Part shown: one piece after another, positions 1-10,960 of the stretch
How positions within the stretch are numbered: position 1 is the first letter of the stretch
How the letters are laid out: the number at the start of each line of letters is the position of its first letter
Source: Thalia democratica
Lineage: Eukaryota
Assembly (NCBI GenBank): GCA_965202585.1
Contig: OZ241830.1
Coordinates: forward strand, 29,698,001 to 29,762,000
Direction of reading: 5' to 3'
DNA length: 64,000 nt
The notes under the pieces: model-generated
The model's database searches: none
What the model was told of the DNA's origin: nothing
Seen by the model: only the letters and a program-made list of their open reading frames with translations
Made by a program: the position numbers and the translations under genes

Positions 1-150
1 CGATGTTTTCTTAGTGGGGTTGCGATGTTTTAATGACGTAGCTGATTGAGCGGTGGTAAATGGTGTCAGTGGAGTTTGATTGCTTAAACATGTATAAGCG
101 TTAATTTGTTTTTCTAAACCAGTAAATACATTCTAAACTTACTGAAACAT
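1..150 (-). CDS. 5' end of an unidentified minus-strand gene, partial: complement(join(<1..82,143..150)); MFHNQTPLTPFTTAQSATSLKHRNPTKKTS...
   Basis: On the minus strand aaaATG at 150-148 gives ATG TTT CA, then donor GTAAGT (142-137), a 60-nt intron and acceptor tttaag (84-83). The only open frame of 82..1 needs phase 2, which matches. An acceptor ttttag lies 25 nt upstream of the ATG (177-176). No homology recognised. Confidence 0.45.
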
Positions 151-392
151 TTTATTTTATTGAAAAGATAAGAAACTAAAATGCCTAAAGTAAAACCTTA
201 AAAACTAAAAACAAATAAAATGTTCTGATAATTCCGAATCATCGAAACTGAAAATAGTTTTATTGAAAAAAAAAACCCTAAAATGAGCATTTCAAGTTAG
301 TAGTTTAAAAAAAATCTTCAAAATGAAACATAAACCGTACAAAACACAACCCGAATCTCAAACACTACAAAATTCGAAACCACTGCGCATTC

Positions 393-568
393 AACTGAAG
401 TCAATCAACAGACGCGTCTTTATTAATCCGCGCGTTGCTAAGCTCCACTCCGCCGGCTGCTAAGAAACCGGTTCTGCCGGTGGTCACGTCTCAGAGTGCG
501 TATTCCCTTCTCTCCTGTGCGCGGTTGCCACGCAACAAGATACGCCACGGCCGAGCAGGCATGGCAAC
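393..568 (-). promoter_or_regulatory. Core promoter-like island: Inr TCAGTT (398-393) plus four RFX X-box-like sites
   Basis: GTTGCTAAG 434-442, GCTGCTAAGAAAC 456-468, GTTGCCACGCAAC 524-536 and CATGGCAAC 560-568 in a CpG-rich island. An initiator-like TCAGTT on the minus strand lies about 36 nt downstream of the nearest site. Confidence 0.55.
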
Positions 569-1830
569 GAGTAGAGAGTTTGCACGACAACAATGAGGAG
601 TGAAGGCGAGATTTTTCACGCTTGAACGAGCGCAATACGCACTGAATAATTCTCTCTCCATTCAGTGGCGATTTGGCTGAATTTTTGTAAACTCGTTTTG
701 CTGTGTGTGTGCTGTGTGCGGCGGTCTCTGAAAGCAGTTAATTTTTAGCCTCCGTTTCCTTTTCGTCTTAATTGTGAAAGATAAGGCAACGACCTTGAAC
801 TATGCTTGAACAAATAAAACAAAACCATTTTCTTAAATCAAAATAAATAATTTTTTGAATATACAATAAATAAAGTAAAACTGAGTTGTGTGGTTAAACA
901 CCATTTTTTACCAATGTATTTAGATATAACAATTTTGATGTAGGACACAGAAATTAGTGACTAACTAAAATAATAATTTTAAGCTGAAGTTTTAAAAAGA
1001 AGCAAATAAACACTTTGAGTTTATTAGGTGTTTTTTGTTATATAAAACAACTATCTAAAACAAGTAAAAAAGTAAACGAAATTCAATGAACTAATTAAAC
1101 AAGCCTCTGTTTAATTCAATGCATGAATGTACTACAATGTAACTTGATTGTTATTGTTATTGCAATTGGCTTGTATAGGAAATGATTTAACCGTTTTTTC
1201 CGTGCTTTGCCTAGCAATCAAGCCTACGTCATAGTGATTGTTCCAATGTAACTCGAAATTTACTTGAAAAGTTTCTAGTTTTTTCTAAGTTTTTAATAAG
1301 TTTTAAAGTATATTATAACTGAAACATATTTACCTATATCTTCAAGTTTGAAGTATTAGCCACGCTTATTTTAGACTCGGCTTTATTTAAAGCATAAATT
1401 TTTACGGGGATAAAATGTATTTTTAAAAATAACGTATAAAATAAAAAAGTTCAAGTGATTTTTTATAAATAGTTTTCTCAATTATCCAAACATGAAAAAC
1501 TAAATATCAGCTTACGACTTACTTCTCAAACAGCTTTAAATTTCTTAACAAACATGATAAAACTATATTATTACGTCATCAGAAAGTTGACAGAACTGTG
1601 CTAAAAAGTTTTGCCAAACTTAATAAAAAAAGCCGCATAAAACACGCCTGCCTATGTAACCACTGCCACAGTGTCGCAAAAAGTTCTTAGCAGCTTTCTA
1701 TTTATTCTGTTTTCGAACTTTGCGTTGCGAAAATGTAACCTTTTTATTTCATTGTGTTAAATTTTAACATGTCAAAGCGATTGATACGAACGTAGGTGGG
1801 AATATTTTTTCGAGTTTTTACTTAACTAAC

Positions 1831-1855
1831 CAACCAATGCTGTCGCCTGACTCAT
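1831..1855 (-). CDS. Candidate alternative first coding micro-exon MSQATALV(G), phase 1
   Basis: ATG AGT CAG GCG ACA GCA TTG GTT G followed by donor GTTAGT (1830-1825), a donor type used repeatedly in the SEL1L3 gene. A pyrimidine tract and AG acceptors lie just upstream (1867-1930). Confidence 0.3.
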
Positions 1856-2906
1856 GAATTTATTTTCTAACGCTTTCACTCGAAAGTGGAGGATCGGAAA
1901 TCAAAATTGACAGCAGGAAAAAAAAATAAATATGTTTTGAGAACTTTCGTGAGTGGGTGCGAGACGACTTGGATGATTCAATTTGATTTTCATAAACAAA
2001 ACAAAATGCTGATGAATTGTACTTCCTGATCAAGTTGCGACCCACGAGGTTTAACTTCTGCCCGGAAAGAAACAAACAAAACCGATCAGAAAAAAAAGTT
2101 AAATTGCGACAACACGATGAAAACTCGGAAGGAATATCATTCAGATTTCAAAACGATTTTCTTCCGAGGAGTCAACCTGACACTTACAAAACTACGACGA
2201 TCGATATTGTTAAATTTTAATTCAAACGTTGTTCGCTACATCTTGTTGTTGTAAAGTCGAAATAAATCATTTTTGAGTTTCTGATTATAGCATATTAGTT
2301 TTTTTCTATATTGCTAGAGATATGAAGTACATTAAAAAAATAATTAGTTAATTTAACAATTATAACCTAAACACTAATCTAATTAAGCTTTGTAAAATTT
2401 TCTACAGTAAAAAAGACATAACTTTGCATTTATGTCTAAAGATTATAACACTTTACTGAAAATCATTTTCAAAAGTTGATTGATTGCGCTCAAAAGCACC
2501 AAGACAAAATTAAAAACAACTATAAGAAATTGTTCATTTTATTTTAAATTCTTAATATCGTCAACTTTATTCATAACAACGTATTAAAAATCAAACTTAG
2601 CTTTTAAAACTTTCAATATCTAACCGTATTTAACACAGAAAAAAAAACTTAACAAACGTCTTTATCCGTAGTGAAAACTTGCTGTTTATCAAAAAACGAG
2701 TTTAATAGTCAAAACAATGCTAGAATTTTAATAAACAACCTCCTCCAAACTATAAGCAACACAAATGAAATTTTACAAACTTTTTTTTACCAACATGACG
2801 TTTAAAGCTTCCATCATGTGACTTGTTGTGTTTATTCGCGTTTTATATAACTTCCTTTTTCTTGGCGTTATGACGCAACAACCAGCAGACTCGAAACTGC
2901 CTCGCA

Positions 2907-2930
2907 ATGCAAATTAATTTGCAAACAATG
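2907..2930. promoter_or_regulatory. POU octamer within a 16-bp palindrome, adjacent to a Sox site
   Basis: ATGCAAAT 2907-2914; perfect palindrome TGCAAATTAATTTGCA 2908-2923; AACAATG 2924-2930. Confidence 0.35.
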
Positions 2931-3402
2931 AAAAGTCCTCGGTTGCCATTGGTCGACTCGCCAATTAAGGTTCAATTAAAACGTGAGTTTGAAAGCGGAA
3001 AATTGAGCAGTTTGTGTTCAAAACAACGCTCAGTTTGAGTTGATGTTTGTTGGCTATTATTCTACATTGTCGTTTTAGATAGATTTAGACAAGCACTTAT
3101 TGTAGTAACAAGCCTAAAGTTGTAAATTAAAAGGATGTTTAAAAAACAAGCAGAAAATAAATATAGATAAACACAAAGCTATCAAAAAAACGAAAGGACA
3201 CACCAAAACTGAAAAATCGAGTTAAAAATGATACCGCAACACAAAATAAAAACCATATTTAGTCAACAAAGCTTAAAACAATTACCTCTGGCCGACTTTT
3301 CACGACATTCACAACACAAACAAAAAATAAGAGTTAAAAACAAATTGTGATAAAAACCCGCCCTTATATTAATAAAGCGTGCAATCGCAAACGACGCTCC
3401 AA

Positions 3403-3629
3403 GTTTGCTTGGCAACAATTTTAAACATTTCTATGACAACCGATAGATGCATGGCAACCATCAGGTGGATCTTAGTGTGCCCGAGGTTAAATTTTCATTG
3501 CAACGTTGAGTAGATCGGTTGCCATGGATTCAATAACCAACGCCCGGCTCAAGTATGCGGTTGCTAAGCAACAAAGTGCATGCGGCGTGGCACCGACTTC
3601 TCCGTGCCTCTCAATTTATTGTGACGTCA
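3403..3629. promoter_or_regulatory. Dense RFX X-box cluster with CRE
   Basis: GTTTGCTTGGCAAC 3403-3416, ATTTCTATGACAAC 3427-3440, CATGGCAAC 3450-3458, GTTGCCATGG 3518-3527, GTTGCTAAGCAAC 3560-3572 and TGACGTCA 3622-3629. Confidence 0.65.
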
Positions 3630-5199
3630 CAAAGAAATAAGAGTTGCTGGTATTTCGAGAAGCATTTCTTTGCCAGACGAAATCGTCTTGCATGTTTTTC
3701 GGAAACGTTTTCAGTGTTGAGCAGCATTTTTTATGGTTTTAAATTTTGCTAATCTTTTCGGTAAAGGTTTTTAATTAAAAATGTTTAATGTTTTTGCTTA
3801 CTGCGATCTTGTTCGTTTACTAAACAAGTTTTAAAAATATTTGAACTTTATAAAAGTATAAAAATATAAATGTTTTACAAAGTTAAGAGGCATAAAACGT
3901 TTTATTAAATCAAAATTACCCAAATTAAAAAAAATGAGTTGCTCAAATTCACTAACGCTTTAAAACAATTTGTTTGAATTTCAAAATGCCATGCTTACGT
4001 TTAGTAGCTCTGCTTTGACAAAACAATTTTAAACTCTATTAATGACACTGCAACTAAAAACAATCAAAGTAACTATTTTCCTGTTTTCGGTAAACGGTCA
4101 ATTTATGCGTATACAAATTTACCTTAAAATATGACTTTACTTTAAGCACTATTTTCGCTTTACACAGATTAGTGGAGCGAGGTTTCGACGCAGTTGCAAA
4201 GTTAAACGCTTTGATTTATTTTTGCTTCAAACAGCTTTACGGTAACGATAAAAGTTCCGTACTTCCGAAGTAAAACAAATTCAATAAATAAAATGATTTT
4301 CGTCCAGGCAAAAGGTAAGAGCTGATGTCTGAAATACTTTCGACTGTTAAAATTTATCAGGTGTCCTTGAATTTTTTAGAGAATTTCTGTAGTAACATTC
4401 ATTTTATAAGTAGTTACAAAATGATACTTCAAGTGTTCATTTAATATGGATTTTACTTAGTAACCTTCAGTAATGAAATAATTCCACCTGATTAAAACTG
4501 CGATCAATTTTCTAAGAGTTAACATATTAACCATCAAATAATTTAATCAATAATGTTTTAAAGTTTAAGTAAAACTAAACATTTTCTGAGTTCGTGGTGT
4601 TGAAAAACTATTTTTAAATTTGTTTTATTTTTGCATTAAGAGTAAGATTTTTTAGTTCTACCAGTTCTCAACAGTGAAACAACTACTCGTACAAATTTTT
4701 AGTCAATATAAAAGTTTCTCTTTGTACCATCGAGTTTTAATTATATTTTAGTGAAATGGTTCTAAATAAAAAAATTGTTGTAACTAAGAAAAAAAAACAT
4801 ATCGTTACACGTATCAATAGTAATTTTGGGCCTTGGAAAAAAATATTAAAAACACAATAAGAATTAGATTGAAAGTTTAGAATAAAACAAGTGGAATTTT
4901 GACATTTGAAAACTCTTCACGACAGGTCTTAAAAACACGCTAGACTAAACGATGTAAACACTAATAAATGCGTACAGATATCTAAACTTAATCACAGTAT
5001 TCTTACTTTATTAACACTAGGAAAAAAAAAAACAATAGTAATTAATAAATACTTTGAAAAAAAAAGTTATAAACTGTTTTATTCATACCATTATAGAACA
5101 TATATATACATATATAGATTACGTTATAGTGTCGACTAAGCTATTGGTATGTTTCGCATAAAACTCTTAGCCTGATTTTAAAGATAAAATACATCAACA

Positions 5200-5850
5200 G
5201 TTGCTACGTGTACATCGCGAAGCCGCACTCGAAAACAATCAAAAGACAAAAGAAAACCACCGTTTGTGCATCGCAAGTCTGCGCGCGCACAGGAGCGCAA
5301 TCTGATTACACAACAAAAAGAGTGGCGCGATGCGTTTTAATGCGCACCGTGGCACATAATGAACTAACATCGGTAATCAGATCGCACCACCGGGTACCAC
5401 GCGATTTGTCCAACGTTCGCGAGAGAGGTTAATAGAACAAAAAGCGATACCAGACAGAAGCAGCATCTCAAGTAGGTGGATGCGTATTGAAATATTTCGA
5501 ATTTGTTTTGACGCCGCGGGCACCAATGCGTTTGAGCTGATTGAAAACAAACATGATTTATCTCGAGATTATTGTGTAGTCCAGACTGCTGCGCGTTTTC
5601 TATTGGACGCGGTGCCTGGCTCGGGTTGTTACCGGAGAACGAAAAGGAGATTTGAGATGTCTGTAGGGGAGGAGACTTCAACTTTCCGTTGCTCATTGCC
5701 ACCGATTTTTAAATATGCAAATAAAATAAAAAACTTATTTTGTTTTCTGATTATCTTTGCTTTGTGAGAGTTGCGTTTTGACGTTTTTAGCATTAAAAAA
5801 AAAATGTTTTTATTCTAATGACGAAAAAATGTGCGAGCTCTGCTTATTGC
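5200..5850. promoter_or_regulatory. CpG-rich enhancer/promoter-like island
   Basis: High CpG/GC against AT-rich flanks; inverted TAATCAGAT sites (5300-5309, 5373-5382); CCAAT/ATTGG; X-box-like GTTACCGGAGAAC 5628-5640. ORF-track ORFs here show no recognisable homology. Confidence 0.45.
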
Positions 5851-7152
5851 ATGACGGTTTGCGAATTTTAAAGCAAACGATCAAGTACAAACTGAAACAC
5901 TTTAAATATAAAATCTTGAAACAGAGCTACACTTTTATTAAGAAATTGTTGTTTTTTTAATATAGTGAACAGGCTCAGTTGCTCAAAAATAAGTTTTGCC
6001 GCAAGTTTTGAAAAATTAAAGTATGCAAATTTAACCGTTTTTCTATGTTGAGTGAAAAAATAGTCAGATTGTTTTCTCATTCAATTCGAAAAGAAATAAA
6101 TCAAAGGAACAGGATTAAAACGCGGATTTCCGCTTTTTAATGTCACCACTGTGTGTGAACATTTAAAATATTGACTTCCGTTGTTTTTAAATAAAAATTC
6201 ACCTTTTTTTTTAAATATGCATAATGATAAACCAAAACAATATCATTACAACTACTTAAAAATATATTGAATTTAATTTTTCTTTAATTTTTTACACACG
6301 TATTTAAATATACATTATTATGTGTTTTTGTAAATATCGATTATGCAAACAGTTAAGGTTAAGTGTTTTAATTGAGACTAGTTTTCAAAAGAAAAGTTCT
6401 CCCAACCCAAAAGTAAACTACTTCTTTTTCGCTTAACTCATTCTCACCTAACATAGTGTCGTCCGCTTGTTTTGGAATTGCTTCAAAATTTACTAAAGAA
6501 TCCTCAACTTAAAGTTTTTATTACAAATAAAGTTTTCATTACAAAGAGATCAACTAAGAAATGTGTAGTCATTAAGAAAATACCAAATTTTTTGAATTAA
6601 GGCAAATTAACAGATGAAACGTAATTTTTGTTAAGTTAAATTACTTCTTCACACTATACAAATTAAGAAATTTAAATTGAATTGTAAACTGAGAAATATA
6701 AGTTTATATATATATTAGAGCCTTTGTAACATTATATGGTAATAAACATATACGCATTTTGTGTTTAAACGAACTAAAAACCAGAATTATGTTGAAATTT
6801 ATTTTCAATCATTAAGTTAGATCTTTTGATCAAACTAGTGTTTGTTATTTTTGAAGTAAAAAAAAAAATTAACTTCTAGTTATCACGTAAAATAGTAAAA
6901 CATAACAAACAAAACTTTTTACGACTCCAAATACGATTCTAAATATTTTTCAAACCCCTGTATTTTGCAACTGTGTAATGAATTGGCTATAAATAGGATT
7001 TTCTTGAAAAACCAATTAGTTCTGATATATTGAAACGTTTTGTCCGAGACGCAATCATTTGCTTTGACGTCATACGATGCTTTCTGCTGTAAACTTTTTG
7101 CCTTTAAAAGAATAATACATAAAAACCAAAATAAGATTCTCATAACAGTTTA

Positions 7153-7492
7153 GGATTCAAATACTACTTGCAACTTAACAAGGATATATTTTTTTATTTT
7201 CAAAAGTTTTTAAAACATGTAGCCTTTCGAGTTTACTTGATTCTTTTTCAAAAATTAAACAAGTTGTGTAACTGTTTTGAAGATTGATATAAAAATTTAA
7301 ACTAACTGTTTTATAATTTTGTACAATTACGTAATAATTAGATTAAATTGTTTTTATCAATCTACAAAACTGTTATATAATTCATTTAATTATTTTTGAA
7401 AAAGAATCAAGTAAACTCGAAAGGCTTCATGTTTTACAAACTTTTGAAAATGAAAAATATATTCTTGTTAAGTTGCAAGTGGTTTTGAATAC
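7153..7492. mobile_element. Palindromic (foldback) MITE, arms about 165 bp
   Basis: The left arm G(G)ATTCAAATACTACTTGCAACTTAACAAGG...GCCTTTCGAGTTTACTTGATTCTTTTTCAAAAA is the near-perfect reverse complement of the right arm. The centre is near TGTACA at about 7320-7325. Flanks are TA (left) and AA (right), a possible decayed TA TSD. Confidence 0.8.
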
Positions 7493-9269
7493 AACAACAA
7501 ACTTTATAATTCTTTCTAAAAAATACGGATCAAATATTATTTAAAAATTAATATAGACCGTCTTAACAAAAAGAATAAAGCTTTATTAGAAATTTTACTA
7601 AAAAATTTACTACGTAAGAAACAAATAAAACTACTAATTAACTTTATAAAATTTTATTTATACGCCTCTTCCTGGTAATAGATAAAAAAATATAATTTTC
7701 AATTTATGTACTAGCAGTAGTACGTATTTCAATCGATTATAAATAAAATTTTTACCTTAAACATTTTTATATTAGTATAATTAAAAAATATCGAGTTTAC
7801 CTGAACTGCATTTTAAGAACTTCAGTTAATTTTCGATGTTGTATAAACAAAAACATATGTTTATGCTAAAAAATGTTTTTGCAAACAAAGTTTTTTTTTG
7901 AAATCTGCTTGTATATAATCTCAGTTATACTTTATCTAAATTATATTTATTTGCCACGAACATACTTTACTTCTACTTGTAAGTTTTTAGAATTTACAAA
8001 GACTAGAAAATTTTTCTTTGTATTCAGTAAAAACAGGACTAAAAGCATTTAATTTAATTTCAACAAGATTAACGAAAACAGCTACTCGTCAACAGTTTTT
8101 TAACGCTACGAAAAAACTTTTCAAAAATATTCACAAACTTTATCAAATAAAAAAGACTGAAACATAAACAAAAAAAAGAACTTTTATAAGAGCCAACTTT
8201 CCGCGCACAGCAAGTTCAAACACCTTCAATATACGCGCATTTGATGGCGAGCTCGTTAAGAAGCTCATTTGTCAAAATAACAGCAAGTTGTGTCGGCTCG
8301 CATATGAAATAAGTCTGCCTGTCATGCACGAGAGACAATTTCACTGCGAGTAGAAAGAGTTTTTCATGAAAAATTAGCATACTGCGTACGAGTGGTACAT
8401 ACGTAATTTACCTAAGGTGGCTAGAAGTTTGTGTAATAAGAAATCAGTAGGTGGTCGAGTATTTGTGATAAACGGTAAGTGTCAGTGAACGTATGAAAAC
8501 TTGCATTTCAAAGCATTTAACTTTTGAACTCTCAACGATGACATGAGCAGTTTTTTAACACACAAAGACAAGGAAACAAACTTTGAAGCGTAAATAAGCT
8601 AATAAAGTTGTTTATACTAAAAAAGTGCTAGACAAAGTCATTTAGTAATTTATAAACTATTGCTGCCTTAAAAGACATAAATAAGTGTAAACTAAAAAAA
8701 AGCTTCTTAAATAAAAACACAAGTTTCCTAGGAAAAACACTCCTTTGCTAATTTATTTAACAAATTAAGAGTTTTACTTAACTATTAAATCTTATTGTCT
8801 GTCAACAACTTTAATTTTTTTTAAACATTAAACTTTTGATCGACTACTGCAATTTGAATAACATAAAACTGACAATGATGATGGATGTAAAAACATAAGC
8901 TTTAAAAGTTCATAGTTCAAAAATTCCATTTTGTTTACGTTTTAATTGCAGATGACTAAACAAACATCAAGTATAATGTTATGAAATAAAGTCTCCATGC
9001 TTAAACCTTTTAGCAGCTATGCTAGTGAAAATAACTAAATACTAAGTACTAATAACTAAATACTAATTTAATAATAGTTATTATTTAATTCTCTTATGAG
9101 CAATTGTTATATATTCTTACTCTAAAATTGCTAAACCAATATTGTGATATAAAACGTCTAAAAACAGTTAAAAAAATCATCTAAAAATAATAACTTATAG
9201 CTATAACAAATACTAAAACCCATTTTAATACTCAAAACGCCTGTTTTGTTGCTTTTTAAACGGCTTGCT

Positions 9270-10080
9270 TTACAAAAATAACGATTGTTCAATCGTGATT
9301 GCAAAAATTTCTAACGAAAAGGCATAGGTCTTGACCGTTTGCAGATTTTTAGCGTTCTGTTTTTTTTTTGCGAAAAACTGACAAAAATCGACCGGAGAAA
9401 AAGGGGGCGGCATATTTGCAGCGTAGAAACCGGGAAATTGGCAAAAATCGACCCGAGTTTCTTCTTGTTGCATGACAAATTCGTTCCGTCCGCTTCTCGT
9501 TGTTATGCCAACCGAGTATGTGTGCTCGCCCGGCAAATGTCGGCGTAGAACTTGAGCTTATTTCCCCCCATAAAAAATAACGAAGAAAACACAGCTACCC
9601 TCGTAAACTAAAAAAAGAAGAAGAAAAAACGCAGCTGATCCAAAGTGCATTAGGTTTAGGATACTCCCCTTTTTGATTGTCAAGGCATCTATCGCCACCG
9701 TTACGCGTCACTGACTCCATCGAAGCATTGAAAAATTATCCTTAAGGTTTTTCACGCTCAGCTTGCGATTCCTGGGTGAAAATCGTGCGGCGAGCAGAAA
9801 ACATAAATCATGGCGAAAATTGTAAACAAAAACAAATTCTTAAGTGGGCCGCGCCCTCGCCACATCGCAACGCGGAAAGGGGATTATCGTGGCGTGAGTC
9901 ATCGGGCTTCCATGGCAACGCAAGTGAGAGGCGGGCTGCTAATCTGCCGGTCGCTGTTGTTGTGGCAACCGAGAGACAAGAATGCCCGGCGGAATTAAGC
10001 CAAGATGAATCGTCGCACTTCGGAGATGAATAATTTTCGGTTTTTGTTTTTATTTATTTTGGGTTTCGGAGCGCTAAACG
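9270..10080. promoter_or_regulatory. CpG island with RFX X-boxes
   Basis: GTTGTTATGCCAAC 9499-9512, GCTTCCATGGCAAC 9906-9919, GTTGTTGTGGCAAC 9956-9969; direct repeat CAAAAATCGACC at about 9382 and 9443. Confidence 0.55.
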
Positions 10081-10559
10081 TTTCGTGTTTAATATTAAAC
10101 ATGGCAGAGTTAACCTGAACTCAAGGTTTAATAATTTGTCAAGTTATTAAGTATAACTTTTAAACTGTTCAGCTCATAAAAAGTGTCAGATACTTATGTA
10201 AAGTTTGAGTTAAGCTAAGTCCACTGTGTGTTTTTTTTCAAAAGTTCTAAAAACTCTATGATTAGCTTTCAAAATAATAAAAAAAGATAAATTTAAAAGT
10301 TTACAAAAACAACTAAAGGTATAGTAATTGTAAACAGTATCAATGTTTCTACAATTAAATAAAATTAACATTTTAACTTTAATACATTTATAAAAAGTCT
10401 AAAAAAGGTAGGTTTCAAAGATGTTTATAATAGTTACTTAATTAAGTAGTTTCACACAAAAAAAATGTACTCGAAATCTTAATAATTAAAAAAACCTAAC
10501 ATTTTGATCGAACCCTTCACACACTATTTTGTAAACGGATTTTATTTTGAATGAAATCC

Positions 10560-10960
10560 AAAAAAGGCGTCGTGAAAAAAGAAATGACAAGATGTCGTGA
10601 AATTAGCAGATTTAATTAAATTTCAGCAGGTTAAATTAAACTTTCGATGATCAATTAAAATCCTATTCATAACTCGACATTTCAAGCGTCAATCAAATCA
10701 AAAATCTAAATTCAACGCGGATTTGCGAATTCGTGACGTCATTTGACGATTCATGTCGTGTGATTCGTCAACCTGCCAAAACCGTCTGAAAGAATCTGAG
10801 CCAATCAGAGCGCTAGGAATCGAACAAGATGACGAATCGTCCAATTAGGAATCGATCCTCGGTGCGACGTTGGTGACCTTGCCGCTCGTTTGATTAATCG
10901 TTGAAAATCGAAACCGGGTTTTAATAGAAGATGTTGCGTCAAAATGAACATGTCTTTCAT
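10560..10960. promoter_or_regulatory. CpG island with CRE and CCAAT boxes
   Basis: TGACGTCA 10734-10741, GCCAATCAG at about 10800, TCCAATTAGG at about 10839, several TGACG/CGTCA half-sites. Confidence 0.45.

Noticed and set aside
1-150. Naming the left-hand gene Su(H)/RBPJ from recalled human synteny near SEL1L3
   Set aside because: The 30 visible residues give no sequence support, and such synteny is rarely kept at this distance.
5715-6225. Cluster of ATGCAAAT/ATGCATAAT octamers
   Set aside because: A rough estimate gives several such AT-rich 8-mers per window by chance.
438-10033. ORF-track ORFs in the CpG islands (438-635, 3555-3752, 5208-5767, 9270-10033)
   Set aside because: Mostly non-ATG starts, no recognisable homology, overlapping on both strands; explained by locally high GC.
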